From Candidatus Latescibacterota bacterium (lineage in GTDB: Bacteria; Latescibacterota; UBA2968; GCA-2709665): 64,000 nt of DNA. The translations under genes and the position numbers were made by a program. The notes under the pieces were generated by a model. It was not told the DNA's origin, did no database searches, and saw only the letters and a program-made list of their open reading frames with translations. Positions 1 to 10,147 of the stretch are shown one piece after another (position 1 is the first letter of the stretch; each line of letters begins with the position of its first letter). The stretch lies in assembly GCA_963667175.2 (NCBI GenBank), contig CAXXXF010000003.1, positions 128,001 through 192,000 of the forward strand, written 5' to 3'.

Positions 1-2394
1 ACCCGGTACGAGTCCGTGAGCGATCCGTTGCTGGTGAGGAGTTTCGAAAAATACTACGACGACGGACTGAAGCCGGCGGCGCCCGCAGGGATGGCCGGCG
101 TACAGGTGCTGGAGGTCGCGGGCGGGTTCTACGATTTCGCGGAAGACCCGAAGGCGAGGGCGCGCGAAGTGAAGCCGCTGAATCTGCGAAGGGAAGAGGC
201 GTTCGACACGGTCTGTTTCCGGGAGGGGTTCGACCGGGAGGACCAGTACCTGATGCTGCACGGGATCTTCTACGGCAACCACAGCCACGAAGACGGGAAT
301 ACCATAGCAGAGTTTTCCGCAAACGACCGGGTTTTCCTGGTGGATGCGTCGTATACGGAGGGACCGTCGCTCAAGCACCACAATGGCGTGACGGCGGTGC
401 GCAACGGCGAGGCGTGGGACGTGCCCGCGCTGTGCCGCCTGGAGGGCGCGGCGGACCTGGTCCGCGTGGGCATGAGTCGGACGTCCGTGGAAGGAGACTG
501 GGGCGCAACGTGGGTCCGGAACGTCGTGTGGCGCAGGGGGCGCTGTTTTCTGGTGATGGACGAGGTGGAAGCGACACAGGCCGGCGCGTTCGCGCTGCAG
601 TGCCACTGGCGAACGCTGGGGACGCCCGCCCTGAAGGACGGTGCGCTGGAGGCGGTGCAGCGAGACCCGGAGACCGGCCGCGAAGACCGGTTTGTGCTGC
701 AGAGCGCGGGCGAAGGCCGGACGTCGCTGGAACGGGACTGGGAGAATTTCGGCCACTGGTGGGATTCATATCCCTATGCGGATGACTACGTGAATATCCT
801 GCGTGAGTCGGCCAACAGAGAGATGGCAGTGGGAGACCGGCACACGTTTATCAATCTGTTCTATGCCTCCAACCCGGAGAAGCCCGTGGACGACCGGATG
901 CGCCGCGTGGGAGAATCGGCCGTCCTGGTCGAAGGGTCGGACGGCCGGATCGTGGCCGGGACCGGGGGCGGATCCGGGGTGTTTGACGTCGGGCCTTTTT
1001 CCGGCCGCGCCGAAATCTTCGCGGCTGGCGACGGGTGGTTTGCGCTGTGCAACGGGACGTCGCTGTGTTCGGAAGACGCCGTGTTTGAAAGCGAACACCC
1101 CGTTTCGATCGAATTCGATCCGGACGCGGGCGAAGGCGTGGTTGTCGCGCCGAGGCCCTCAGAGATCGCGCTGAATGGAGAGCGGCTACACGTTGCGGCC
1201 GGGAGGCATGAGGTGAAGACGCGGAAGCCCGGGGCAGGTGTGTTTTCGATGGGCGGGATTGCGGACCTCCCGGCGCACCGGGCGAACGTTCAGGCGCCCG
1301 CGGGGCCCGCGTCTGTTCCGGGGCTTCGCAGGGTCCGGACGTACGACGCCGGTTCGGCCGTGCGCTGCGCTGCCGCGGGCGCGGACGGGTTGGTCCTGGG
1401 GACGGAGGACGGACGTGTCCTGGCGCTGGACGGAAACGGGAAGCCGACCTGGTCCTTCCGGGCGGACGGGCCCGTGCTTTCCGTATGTCCGGTGGACCTG
1501 GACGGCCGGCGCTGCGTGATCGCGGGCGCCGACGACCGGCGCCTCTATCTGCTGGAGGAAGGCGGGGACATTCGGTGGTCGCGGGAATTCGAGATTTACA
1601 GGGGGACGTGGGATCGGTACGCCCGGAACTCCGCGGTGGAGTACGTAACGGCGGCGGACCTGCGTGGAGACGGGCAGACCGATATCCTGGCGGCGGTCGC
1701 GGACCGGAAGCTGCATTGTCTTGACGCCAGTGGCGAAGAGCGCTGGAGTTATATGATATACGGGATTTTCGCGCCGCTACGCGTAGCGGATATCACCGGA
1801 GACGGCAGGAGGGAGGTGATCGGCGGTCCGGGCCGGATCACCTGCGGCGGGACCTGCTACGTGCTGGACGCGGACGGCGCCCACCATGCGAGCAACGGGC
1901 TGGACGGCTGGGCGTCCATGATGCCCGCGTGCGACGTGTGGGCGCCGGGGGAAGACCACCTCATCGTGTGCGGGACGAACCGGTCGAACGTGTACGGGTT
2001 GAAGCTGGTGGGCAATCGACTGCAGACGCTCTGGACGCGGCGCGTGGGAGAGGAAGTCAACGCGGTCTGCGCGGTTGACGTGGACGGGGACGACAGGCCG
2101 GAGGCCGTGGTCGGCTCGGACTGTTTTTACCTCTATCTGCTGGATGAGCACGGCACGGAGCGCTGGCGGCGAAACCTGGGAGCGCCCGTGCAACAGGTGA
2201 TGGTCGCTGACCTGGACGGAGACGCGAGAATTGTCGCCGGGTGCGACGACGGGACCGTTTGGGTCCTGGACGGGGAGGGCGCGCCGGTTGCAAGCCATTC
2301 AGCGAATGGGGCGATTCACGTCCTGGCGGCGGATGGGCGGGGTCATCTGATGGTCGGTGGTTCCGATGGGACGCTTTCGGTGCTGGGGATGTGA
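1..2394 (+). CDS. Heparinase II/III-like lyase domain + C-terminal FG-GAP/PQQ-like beta-propeller protein (5' partial)
   Basis: Frame is open from base 1. Contains the GNHSHEDGN HxHxD motif, the LVDASY...HHNGV motif and repeated DxxGDG FG-GAP motifs. Close paralog of 28745..32449. Confidence 0.8.
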   Translation, partial: TRYESVSDPLLVRSFEKYYDDGLKPAAPAGMAGVQVLEVAGGFYDFAEDPKARAREVKPLNLRREEAFDTVCFREGFDREDQYLMLHGIFYGNHSHEDGNTIAEFSANDRVFLVDASYTEGPSLKHHNGVTAVRNGEAWDVPALCRLEGAADLVRVGMSRTSVEGDWGATWVRNVVWRRGRCFLVMDEVEATQAGAFALQCHWRTLGTPALKDGALEAVQRDPETGREDRFVLQSAGEGRTSLERDWENFGHWWDSYPYADDYVNILRESANREMAVGDRHTFINLFYASNPEKPVDDRMRRVGESAVLVEGSDGRIVAGTGGGSGVFDVGPFSGRAEIFAAGDGWFALCNGTSLCSEDAVFESEHPVSIEFDPDAGEGVVVAPRPSEIALNGERLHVAAGRHEVKTRKPGAGVFSMGGIADLPAHRANVQAPAGPASVPGLRRVRTYDAGSAVRCAAAGADGLVLGTEDGRVLALDGNGKPTWSFRADGPVLSVCPVDLDGRRCVIAGADDRRLYLLEEGGDIRWSREFEIYRGTWDRYARNSAVEYVTAADLRGDGQTDILAAVADRKLHCLDASGEERWSYMIYGIFAPLRVADITGDGRREVIGGPGRITCGGTCYVLDADGAHHASNGLDGWASMMPACDVWAPGEDHLIVCGTNRSNVYGLKLVGNRLQTLWTRRVGEEVNAVCAVDVDGDDRPEAVVGSDCFYLYLLDEHGTERWRRNLGAPVQQVMVADLDGDARIVAGCDDGTVWVLDGEGAPVASHSANGAIHVLAADGRGHLMVGGSDGTLSVLGM

Positions 2395-2494
2395 GGAAGA
2401 TTAGATTTTCGCGTTCTCCACGAAGTTATCGCGGTCAGTGGCAGGAAATAGGACACAGTTGGCTCCGAAGTCGGAGTCCGACGAGGGAGCCGGA

Positions 2495-5236
2495 ATGATG
2501 CAGCGATTTTTCTGTTTCGTCCTCCTCTTTGTTTACCCGATGGAAAGCTCCGCCACGACCCTGCCGGACGATCCGTCGAAGAGCGATCTGATTCGGGAAG
2601 AACTGCTCTTTTCGGCGTCCGGCGAAGCGCTCAAGAGCATTGCTTCCGGCCGGTTCGATCTCCTTCGGCGAGACGATGGGACGGTGGTCCGTACGCTTGG
2701 CACGGATTTCGCCTTGACGCTGGACCCGGATCTGATGCCGGGCATCTACCGGCTGAGCGTTCGCTGTCTGGCCCCGTCGACCTCAACCGATTCGTTCTGG
2801 CTGGAGATAAACGGAGAACGGCAGCCGCAAGCGATCGTGTTGCCCAAGAATGTGTATGGGGACGTCCATCGGGGTTTCAGACTGGACGCGCCGGGACGAA
2901 CGGACGTCCGCCTCGTGCTGCGGGAACGGCCCGGCGCAGTTGTGGCGCGCCTGAAGCTGACGCATCTCACGGTGCGGTACGATGCCGCGTCGGTCATCCG
3001 TCCCGATTTGACCGGGGAGCGCCCGCGACTCTTCCTGACGCGGTGGGACGTCGAGCGTCTGCGAGACGCACAGCGTAGCGCGGCCGGACAGCGGCTCTAC
3101 CGCCGGCAGGGCATGTTGCGAGGCACGCCGCCTCCCCGAACGGGGCCGCCGAAGCGCACGGGGTGGGCATGGCGCATGGAGAATCAGGCGATCCCGTGCC
3201 TGCTCGCCAACGCCTCCGATGCGAACGCGCGTTTCGAGGCCATCCGGCGTCATATCCTCACGATCTGCACGTATGACAAATGGCTTCCGGACGGCTGGTC
3301 GCACAGCACGCCGGATCTGGACCTGGACGCGGCCTATATGATCCACGGGACCGCGATCGCCTACGACTGGCTCTACAACTGGTTCACGGAGGAGGAACGG
3401 CGGACCATCAGGGAGAAGCTGGCGTACCAGGCGCGGCTTATGTTCGAGGCCTCCTTTATGGAGCGGATGTACTGGGCGCGCACGGTTCAGCAGAACCACT
3501 ACTGGTTCGACAACTACGCCATCGGCGTGGCCGGCGCCGCGCTGTACGGCGAGGTCCCCGAGGCCGAGGTGTGGATGGCCTGGAGCTGGGACCGTCTGCA
3601 GGGCACGTTGAAGACCTTCGGAGAAGACGGGGGGTTCCACGAGGGCCCTGCCTACTGGAGCTTCTCCATGGGGTCTCTCTTTCGATGGATCGACCTGTTC
3701 GAGCACACAACGGGACAGACCATCGCCCACGCGGACACGTGGCTGAGGAAGACCGGCTATTTCCCCATCCATTACGTCTACCCCGACCTGCGTTCCGGCG
3801 CGGCGATTGAAGATACGTTTCGGCCCGGGGTCGTGCCCGCGCTCGAGACGCTGCTCTGGCTGGCCGCGCGGAACCATGACGCGACGCTGTTCAGAATTGC
3901 CGAGTTGATCCATGAGGGAAAGCGGAGTACCCACTGGTGGACGCTGAAAGCAATCGCCGACGGTACGGATACGGCGACGGGTACGCTGGACGAACTGATG
4001 CCGAGGCTTGCCTACTACCCGGACGTGGAGATGTACTTCGCACGGACGTCGTGGCGGACGGATGCCACGATGTTCGCGCTTGAGGCGAGGCCCCTCGGAG
4101 GGCATACGCTGGCTCGGCTGAACGAGGTGTATCCCTGGATCCGCGGCGTGGGTCACAATCATCCCGCACAGAACAGCTTCGTGCTCTACGGCAGTGGGAA
4201 GGAACTGGTGATCGATCCCGGCTATACGCTGAAGAAGGAAACGGCGAACCACAACACGGTGCTGGTGGACGGGCGGGGGCAGTACGGCGACGGCGAGCGG
4301 TGGCCGCGCTGGTATCCGGGATGGTCCCACGTCGGGTACGCCTCAACGAAGTTTCCATACGTACGTGGGGAGGCCGCATCGGCGTACCCGCCCGAGTTGG
4401 GTCTGAAGCGGTTCACGCGACAGATGCTGATGACGGACGGCAAACGTATATTGATTGCAGACCATCTGGAGGCTGACCGACCGCGGCGTTTTGCGTGGCT
4501 GCTGCATTTCGACGAAGACGCGGAGGTGGCGTCGGCGGGCGAGGGGCGGTTCGCGGCGTCTTACGGAGGCGCTTCGCTGCAGATCGATATGCTGACTCCG
4601 GACGGCATGGCATCGCAAATCGACCGTTACGAGCCGACGTGGAACAATATCGCACGGCCCGACTATCACCCCCGGGTCGGCCGGCTGCAGTTGACCACCG
4701 GTCCGGTCAGCGCCACGCCGATTGTCGCCGCGTTGGGCTTGAAGCCCGGGGCGGCGCGTCCGAAACTGGAAATCACCCCCGGCGTCCTGCTGGTCACGTT
4801 TTCGGACAGTACCCGCGTTGGCTTCAATCGAACGGGTGACGTGGTCGCGGTGGACGGGCTCGAGACAGACGGGCGCGCGGTGGTGATCACGCCTGAAGGG
4901 ACCGGCGGACACAGGGCCAGGGTGATGGACATGCTCCGGTATCGGGACGGGTCCGGCCGGTTGCGGGACTTCCCCGACGGCGAGGGGGAATTCACGCTGA
5001 CGAACGGCGTCTGGCTGCCGACCTTTCCGGAAGCGCCCGTCGCGGTCACGGCGGACTTCGACGGGAACGGCACCGTGGGCTTCAGCGATTTCCTTGCGTT
5101 CGCGCCCGCGTACGGCGCCCGCGCCGGTCAGAAGGACTGGGACGACAGGTTCGACCTGAACGGCGACGGCGAGGTCGGGTTCGCAGATTTTCTCATCCTT
5201 GCGGTTCAATTCGGTAGGCGCAATACCGGGAAATGA
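2495..5236 (+). CDS. Secreted heparinase II/III-like (DUF4962-type) lyase with C-terminal dockerin/EF-hand-like domain
   Basis: Signal-peptide-like MMQRFFCFVLLFVYP. Motifs RPRLFL, QNHYW, DGGFHEGPAYW, GHNHPAQNSF, IDPGY, HNTVLVDG. C-terminal DFDGNGTVGFSDF...DLNGDGEVGFADF. Confidence 0.8.
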   Translation: MMQRFFCFVLLFVYPMESSATTLPDDPSKSDLIREELLFSASGEALKSIASGRFDLLRRDDGTVVRTLGTDFALTLDPDLMPGIYRLSVRCLAPSTSTDSFWLEINGERQPQAIVLPKNVYGDVHRGFRLDAPGRTDVRLVLRERPGAVVARLKLTHLTVRYDAASVIRPDLTGERPRLFLTRWDVERLRDAQRSAAGQRLYRRQGMLRGTPPPRTGPPKRTGWAWRMENQAIPCLLANASDANARFEAIRRHILTICTYDKWLPDGWSHSTPDLDLDAAYMIHGTAIAYDWLYNWFTEEERRTIREKLAYQARLMFEASFMERMYWARTVQQNHYWFDNYAIGVAGAALYGEVPEAEVWMAWSWDRLQGTLKTFGEDGGFHEGPAYWSFSMGSLFRWIDLFEHTTGQTIAHADTWLRKTGYFPIHYVYPDLRSGAAIEDTFRPGVVPALETLLWLAARNHDATLFRIAELIHEGKRSTHWWTLKAIADGTDTATGTLDELMPRLAYYPDVEMYFARTSWRTDATMFALEARPLGGHTLARLNEVYPWIRGVGHNHPAQNSFVLYGSGKELVIDPGYTLKKETANHNTVLVDGRGQYGDGERWPRWYPGWSHVGYASTKFPYVRGEAASAYPPELGLKRFTRQMLMTDGKRILIADHLEADRPRRFAWLLHFDEDAEVASAGEGRFAASYGGASLQIDMLTPDGMASQIDRYEPTWNNIARPDYHPRVGRLQLTTGPVSATPIVAALGLKPGAARPKLEITPGVLLVTFSDSTRVGFNRTGDVVAVDGLETDGRAVVITPEGTGGHRARVMDMLRYRDGSGRLRDFPDGEGEFTLTNGVWLPTFPEAPVAVTADFDGNGTVGFSDFLAFAPAYGARAGQKDWDDRFDLNGDGEVGFADFLILAVQFGRRNTGK

Positions 5237-5344
5237 CTTTGGAACCTGAGGTCCCGCGCCCACTGGGGCCCCGAGTCGGACTACCGGCAACTATTCCTGG
5301 GGATTTACTCCCCGTTCTTTATTGGCTGCAGGAGGTGAAAACAC

Positions 5345-6379
5345 TTGACCGAACTCGTGATATACGTCAGCGCCGTGATCGTGGTCTCCGCGATGTGCTC
5401 TCTCTTCGAGGCCGTTCTCTACGCCGTTCCGGTCAGTTACGTCGAAAGCCTCGCGCAGAAGGGCGCCGTTTCCGGCCGCATCCTGAAAGACCTGCGGATG
5501 CGCAGCGTCGATCGTCCGATCTCCGCCATCCTTTCACTGAATACGATCGCGAATACAGGCGGCGCCTTTCTGGCAGGCGCGGCGTTCATCATGGTCTTCG
5601 GCGTGGAATGGGAGCTTTATTTCACCATCTTTATCACACTATCGGTACTGTTACTCTCCGAAGTCATCCCCAAGACGGTCGGCGTGGTTTACAACCGGTC
5701 ACTGGCCGCCTTGGTCGCGATCCCGCTCCAATTCCTGGTCTGGGTCCTGTATCCCCTGGTGGTGATCTGCAGACTGGTCACCCGCGTGTTTTCAAGGTCC
5801 GGCACGGACCATGAAGTCTCGGAGGAAGAGATCGCCGTTATGGCGCGCATGGGCAGGCAGACCGGCGCGATTCAACCCGATGAGGCCAGGGTGATGCAGA
5901 ATATCCTCACCCTCAAACGCAAGACGGTGAGGGACGTGATGACCCCGCGTACGGTCGTATTCGCTTTGAGCGCCGATCTGACCGTGGAGCAGGCCCTGAA
6001 GGAAGCGGGCGTGTGGCCGTACAGCCGGGTTCCGGTCTATGAGAATGACTTTGAGGACGTAATCGGCGTCGTGATGCGCCGCGATGCGTTCAGCGCCTTG
6101 ACGGAAGGGCGGGGGCAGACGACCGTTTCGGAACTGATGCGTCCGGTTCATTTCGTTGCGGAGACCGTGTCACTGGACCGCGTCCTGGAGATGTTCCTGG
6201 AACGGCGCCTGCACCTGTTCGCGGTCATCGACGAATACGGCGGGCTGGCGGGGATCCTGACGCTGGAAGACGTGCTGGAAGAGATCCTGGGCAGGGAAAT
6301 CGTGGACGAGTCCGATACGGTCACGGATATGCGGGAACTGGCGCGCCGCCGACGCCGGCAGGTCTCGGAGGGGGAGTAG
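5345..6379 (+). CDS. CNNM/DUF21 + CBS-pair membrane protein (hemolysin/CorC-like)
   Basis: N-terminal TM segments, SEVIPKT, DVMTPR, YSRVPV and VIDEYGG..GILTLEDVLEEILGREIVDE. GGAGGT RBS precedes the TTG start. Confidence 0.9.
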   Translation: MTELVIYVSAVIVVSAMCSLFEAVLYAVPVSYVESLAQKGAVSGRILKDLRMRSVDRPISAILSLNTIANTGGAFLAGAAFIMVFGVEWELYFTIFITLSVLLLSEVIPKTVGVVYNRSLAALVAIPLQFLVWVLYPLVVICRLVTRVFSRSGTDHEVSEEEIAVMARMGRQTGAIQPDEARVMQNILTLKRKTVRDVMTPRTVVFALSADLTVEQALKEAGVWPYSRVPVYENDFEDVIGVVMRRDAFSALTEGRGQTTVSELMRPVHFVAETVSLDRVLEMFLERRLHLFAVIDEYGGLAGILTLEDVLEEILGREIVDESDTVTDMRELARRRRRQVSEGE

Positions 6380-6556
6380 GGGAAATTTCGGCTACATACG
6401 CCACGTCAAATCACTCTTGCAAACGAACTCAAAAAATCATAAATCCTAATTGGAAACACTGTCCGAGACCCCCAAATCACCGGATCACACTGGCGACTTT
6501 ACAGTGGGTCATTGACAGTGTCGTGAGCAGTCGGTCACGCACGTAGAAGATTGACC

Positions 6557-6727
6557 ATGCCGGTTCCCGATGATCCTTATATTTATCACATTGTCCACGT
6601 AGACCGTCTACCCTCGCTCATCGCGGACAACGGTCTTTTATGTGACGCGGCAATTGCGAAGCGTCCACCGGGCGGCACTGTGATTGGCATGAACAAGATC
6701 AAGGAACGGCGATTGAGGAAAACAGGC
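6557..6727 (+). pseudogene. darT: N-terminal remnant of DarT (DUF4433) ssDNA ADP-ribosyltransferase toxin, in frame with darG
   Basis: MPVPDDPYIYHIVHVDRLPSLIADNGLLCDA...TVIGMNKIKERRL matches the DarT N-terminus. The remaining catalytic region is absent. Confidence 0.75.
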
Positions 6728-7789
6728 ATGATCGAATTCAAAACCGGCGACATCCTCGCCGAACAAGCCGAAGCTCTGGTCAACACCGTAAACTGCGTCG
6801 GGGTCATGGGGCGTGGCATCGCGCTCCAGTTTAAACGCGCCTTCCCCGAAAACTTCAAGGCATACGCAGCAAGGTGCAAGCGGCATGAGATGCAACCGGG
6901 GCGTGTGTTCGTTTTCGAGACAAGCGGGATGCTGCCCCCGCGCTACATCATCAATTTCCCAACCAAGCGGCACTGGCGAGGCAAAAGCCGCATCGAGGAC
7001 GTTGAATCCGGCCTGGCATCGCTCGCCGAGGAAATCCGGGTGCTGGGCATTCGCTCGATCTCAATTCCTCCGCTCGGCAGTGGGCTGGGCGGGTTGAACT
7101 GGCCCGAGGTGCGTGCCCGTATGCAATCGGCCCTGGCGGAGTTTGAAGAAGTCAAGATCGTCATATTCGAGCCGGGCGGCGGGGCTGTGGACAGGCGCGT
7201 CAACCATTCCACCGACATCCCGGCAATGACGGCGGGGCGAGCCGCGTTAGTCGGCCTGACGTACCGCTACCTTCAGGGCCTCCTTGATCCGTTCGTGACA
7301 CTGCTGGAAGTGCATAAGCTGATGTACTTCATGCAGGAATCCGGTGAGCGTTTGAAACTCAGATTTGAAAAGGCGCCTTATGGACCTTATGCGGATAATT
7401 TGCGGCATGTCCTGCACAGGGTTGAAGGACATTTCATCTCCGGCTTCGCCGATGGCGGCGATGAACCGAATAAGCGACTTGAGCTTGTGCCCGGTGCAAT
7501 CGAGGATGCGACGTCGTTTCTTGGGAGTCACCCGCAAACGCGCGGACGTTTTAGTCAGGTTGCCAATCTGGTGGAAGGATTCGAGTCGCCGCTCGGGCTG
7601 GAATTGCTCTCTACAGTTCATTGGGTTGTTCGGCAGGAGAAGGCGTCGACTTTCGACGATATCGTAAAGCGCACTTACGCCTGGAGCGAAAGAAAAACAC
7701 AGTTTTCTCGCCGCCAGATCAGGATCGCATTTGATGTCTTGTCGGAGAAAGGCTGGATTGAGCGTCCGGATCTGTCGGATTCTCCATGA
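6728..7789 (+). CDS. darG: DarG macrodomain antitoxin (DNA ADP-ribosyl glycohydrolase)
   Basis: MIEFKTGDIL..ALVNTVNCVGVMGRGIALQFK, IINFPTKRHW, PPLGSGLGGL, plus the DarG C-terminal domain (LEVHKLMYF, GLELLSTVHW). Own GAGG RBS. Confidence 0.9.
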   Translation: MIEFKTGDILAEQAEALVNTVNCVGVMGRGIALQFKRAFPENFKAYAARCKRHEMQPGRVFVFETSGMLPPRYIINFPTKRHWRGKSRIEDVESGLASLAEEIRVLGIRSISIPPLGSGLGGLNWPEVRARMQSALAEFEEVKIVIFEPGGGAVDRRVNHSTDIPAMTAGRAALVGLTYRYLQGLLDPFVTLLEVHKLMYFMQESGERLKLRFEKAPYGPYADNLRHVLHRVEGHFISGFADGGDEPNKRLELVPGAIEDATSFLGSHPQTRGRFSQVANLVEGFESPLGLELLSTVHWVVRQEKASTFDDIVKRTYAWSERKTQFSRRQIRIAFDVLSEKGWIERPDLSDSP

Positions 7790-7817
7790 CCACTGAAGCG
7801 GAAGCCCGCCACCAGAG

Positions 7818-7858
7818 CCGGACGTAGCCCGGATGGACTTTTCCAACGGGCTGCTAAG
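7818..7858. mobile_element. Right end of MITE family (half copy of 35656..35819)
   Basis: ccggacgtagcccggatggacttttccaacgggctgctaag is nearly identical to the right end of the element at 35782..35821. Confidence 0.65.
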
Positions 7859-8010
7859 GAAGCTAGCTATCGGGTCGTTATGATCATCTTCGGAGTTGTG
7901 TGAAAATGTAAAAGGATACAGGAATAGGAAGCAATCGCGGCCAATTTCCCTGGCGCGGCTTCGCTGTGCTCAGCCGCAACCGAATAGGCGCCCGTTAAAC
8001 GGTCTAATCG

Positions 8011-8095
8011 CTCCCCCCTGAGGGGGAGTCCGGGGATGCAGAGCCGGTTCCTGAGCTTGTCGAAGGGCCTGCGAAGGCTGATGCGGTGGGGGGAT
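8011..8095. repeat. REP-like palindromic element containing a 17-nt CCTGAGCTTGTCGAAGG segment (8050..8066)
   Basis: ctcccccctgagggggag hairpin and a G-rich gcggtggggggat end. The internal 17-mer has CCTG...AGG ends like the other short palindromic inserts. Confidence 0.5.
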
Positions 8096-8149
8096 TTCAA
8101 CTGTGATTTTTGTCGGCAACTTGCGCTTTAACTATCCCGGAGGCGTTGA

Positions 8150-9421
8150 GTGGCGACCAGACAGCTAGCGCTCTTCGACCGGCCTCAGCAGGCAACCGGA
8201 CCGCTTTCTTACGACGATTTCCTGAATCATGTCGGGAGTTTTGACGATTTCGAGAAGGAAACCGAAGTCCTGGAATTCCCGGATCCCGATTTCGATATTC
8301 CCGTCTACGTGAATGAGTTCTGGACGTCGAAACAGAGAGCGGCCCATTCGCTTCACGAGATCTCGTACCGTGCCTGTTTCAAGCCCCAGTTGCCCCGGTT
8401 CTTCATCGAGCGGCTGACCGCTTCGGGCGACGCGGTCTACGATCCCTTCCTGGGCCGCGGCACGACCGCCATCGAGGCGGCGCTGCTGGGGCGCACGCCC
8501 ATCGGTGCTGACGTCAACCCACTGAGTGAAATCCTTGTGGCGCCGCGGCTGGCCCCGCCCCCACTTGCCGCCGTTTCCGAACGTCTGGGGGAACTGCCTC
8601 TCGAAGATGAATGCGAGACATGGGACGACTTGCTGGCGTTCTATCATCCGAATACCCTGCGACAGGTCACCAATCTGCGGAAATACCAGCTTGGACGAGC
8701 GAAAGACGGCAGCCTGGATGCGGTTGACCGGTGGATCAGAATGGTGGCGACCAATCGCCTGACGGGACATTCGCCCGGTTTCTTTTCGGTCTACACATTG
8801 CCTCCGAACCAGGCCGTTACCGTTGAGCGGCAACGGGGAATCAACCTGAGCAGAAAGCAGACGCCTCCCGAACGGGACGTTCGGGTATCGATTCTGAAGA
8901 AATCCGGGTCGCTCCTCAACAAACTGGAGGAACGTGAAGCAGAACGGCTGCGCGAGACGTCGAAAAATGCGTTGCTCGTTACCGGGTCATCCGACGACAC
9001 GCCGGAGATCGAGAGCGATTCCGTCAGTCTGGTTGTGACTTCTCCGCCGTTTCTGGACGTGGTGGATTACCGGACGGACAACTGGCTGCGATGCTGGTTC
9101 AACGGCATCGACGCGCAATCCGTTCAGGTATGGAACCTCAGGAAGCCGCAGGAGTGGCAGGCGGCCATGACGCGGGTGTTCGCCGAACTCAAAAGGGTCC
9201 TGATGCCCGGAGGTTACGTTGCATTCGAAGTCGGGGAAGTGCGTAGCGGGAAGATACTCCTTGAAACGCTGGTCGTTCCCGCGGCGGCCGAATCGGGTCT
9301 TGAGCCGCTGATGGTCCTGGTCAACGACCAGGTCTTCACCAAGACGTCGAACTGCTGGGGCGTGGAGAACCTCAGGAAAGGGACCAATACAAACAGGATC
9401 GTGTTGTTGAGGAAGACGTGA
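8150..9421 (+). CDS. Orphan site-specific DNA methyltransferase (N4-C/N6-A family; motif I before motif IV)
   Basis: YDPFLGRGTT SAM-binding motif and VVTSPPF catalytic motif. No adjacent nuclease gene. Confidence 0.85.
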   Translation: MATRQLALFDRPQQATGPLSYDDFLNHVGSFDDFEKETEVLEFPDPDFDIPVYVNEFWTSKQRAAHSLHEISYRACFKPQLPRFFIERLTASGDAVYDPFLGRGTTAIEAALLGRTPIGADVNPLSEILVAPRLAPPPLAAVSERLGELPLEDECETWDDLLAFYHPNTLRQVTNLRKYQLGRAKDGSLDAVDRWIRMVATNRLTGHSPGFFSVYTLPPNQAVTVERQRGINLSRKQTPPERDVRVSILKKSGSLLNKLEEREAERLRETSKNALLVTGSSDDTPEIESDSVSLVVTSPPFLDVVDYRTDNWLRCWFNGIDAQSVQVWNLRKPQEWQAAMTRVFAELKRVLMPGGYVAFEVGEVRSGKILLETLVVPAAAESGLEPLMVLVNDQVFTKTSNCWGVENLRKGTNTNRIVLLRKT

Positions 9422-9423
9422 GA

Positions 9424-9468
9424 CCCTCACCCCCCAACCCCCTCTCCCAAAGGGAGAGGGGGAGCAGG
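9424..9468. repeat. REP-like hairpin (CCCCCTCTCCC-N4-GGGAGAGGGGG)
   Basis: Inverted repeat directly after the MTase stop. Family copies at ~9900, ~39531 and ~54304. Confidence 0.75.
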
Positions 9469-9524
9469 ACAGCTATCAGCGAGCAGCTATAATCAAAATT
9501 GAACATCAAATTCACAACCCCTTT

Positions 9525-9847
9525 TCCCCAAATTCCCTGCCTCCGGCGTGTTCCTTTTGAAGCGACCAAAAGGAACCAAAAGTCGCCGCTGGGCGCCTGC
9601 CTGCGCCAAGCCCCGCGCGGCAGGCAGGCGGGGCCTGCGATATGCACAGCGCGAACACCCTTACAGGATGCACACAATCCGCTGCCCTGACACCCTCGGA
9701 GATTCATCTGTCCACGTCGCTGGACGGATCAGCGCGCTCTGCTCTGTTATCCCTCCGGCCAGGATATTATTTCGTAGACCGATTCGCGTCTTAATGATGA
9801 GGACAGCCCTTAGCTATTAGCCGACAGCCGTCAGCTTGAAGCAAGAA
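9525..9847. repeat. ~300-bp dispersed intergenic repeat, copy 1
   Basis: Colinear with 35948..36243, sharing ccccaaattccctgcctccggc, ttccttttgaagcgaccaaaaggaaccaaaagtcgccgctgggcg, gctggacggatcagcgcgctctgctctg, ttcgtagaccgat, gatgaggacag and cagcttgaagcaagaa. Confidence 0.85.
9596..9628. mobile_element. 33-nt palindromic element CCTGCCTGCGCC-N10-CGGCAGGCAGG
   Basis: Same ends and length as 12885..12917 and 54318..54350. Confidence 0.7.
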
Positions 9848-9899
9848 CCAACCCGTTGACGTCAGCGCCGTGATGTGGCATAACCAGAATGGGCGCAGA

Positions 9900-9945
9900 C
9901 CTCTCCCCTCGACCCCCTCTCCCAAAGGGAGAGGGGGAGCAGGAC
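9900..9945. repeat. REP-like hairpin
   Basis: ccccctctcccaaagggagagggggagcaggac, a near-exact copy of 9424..9468. Confidence 0.75.
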
Positions 9946-10147
9946 CGAAGGTCATTGATTCTATCCCATAATGTGAGAGGACGCCTTCCGTCGAAACCGA
10001 CGTTGATTATGCAGAAACACCCGGTGGAGGTCGCCAAATCGTTGATTGCGGGCGATCCCCCGGTGGTGAAATCGGGCAAAGGGGAGCAGTCAAAGAGGGA
10101 ATTCGAGGCGTGGCTTGGAGGGCGATAGGGGGTAAGTAAACGGGAGT

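Noticed and set aside
9372-10128. Short ORFs across the repeat regions (also 35608..36226 and 39466..39713)
   Set aside because: They are translations of REP/heptamer repeats. At most, small gene remnants are present.
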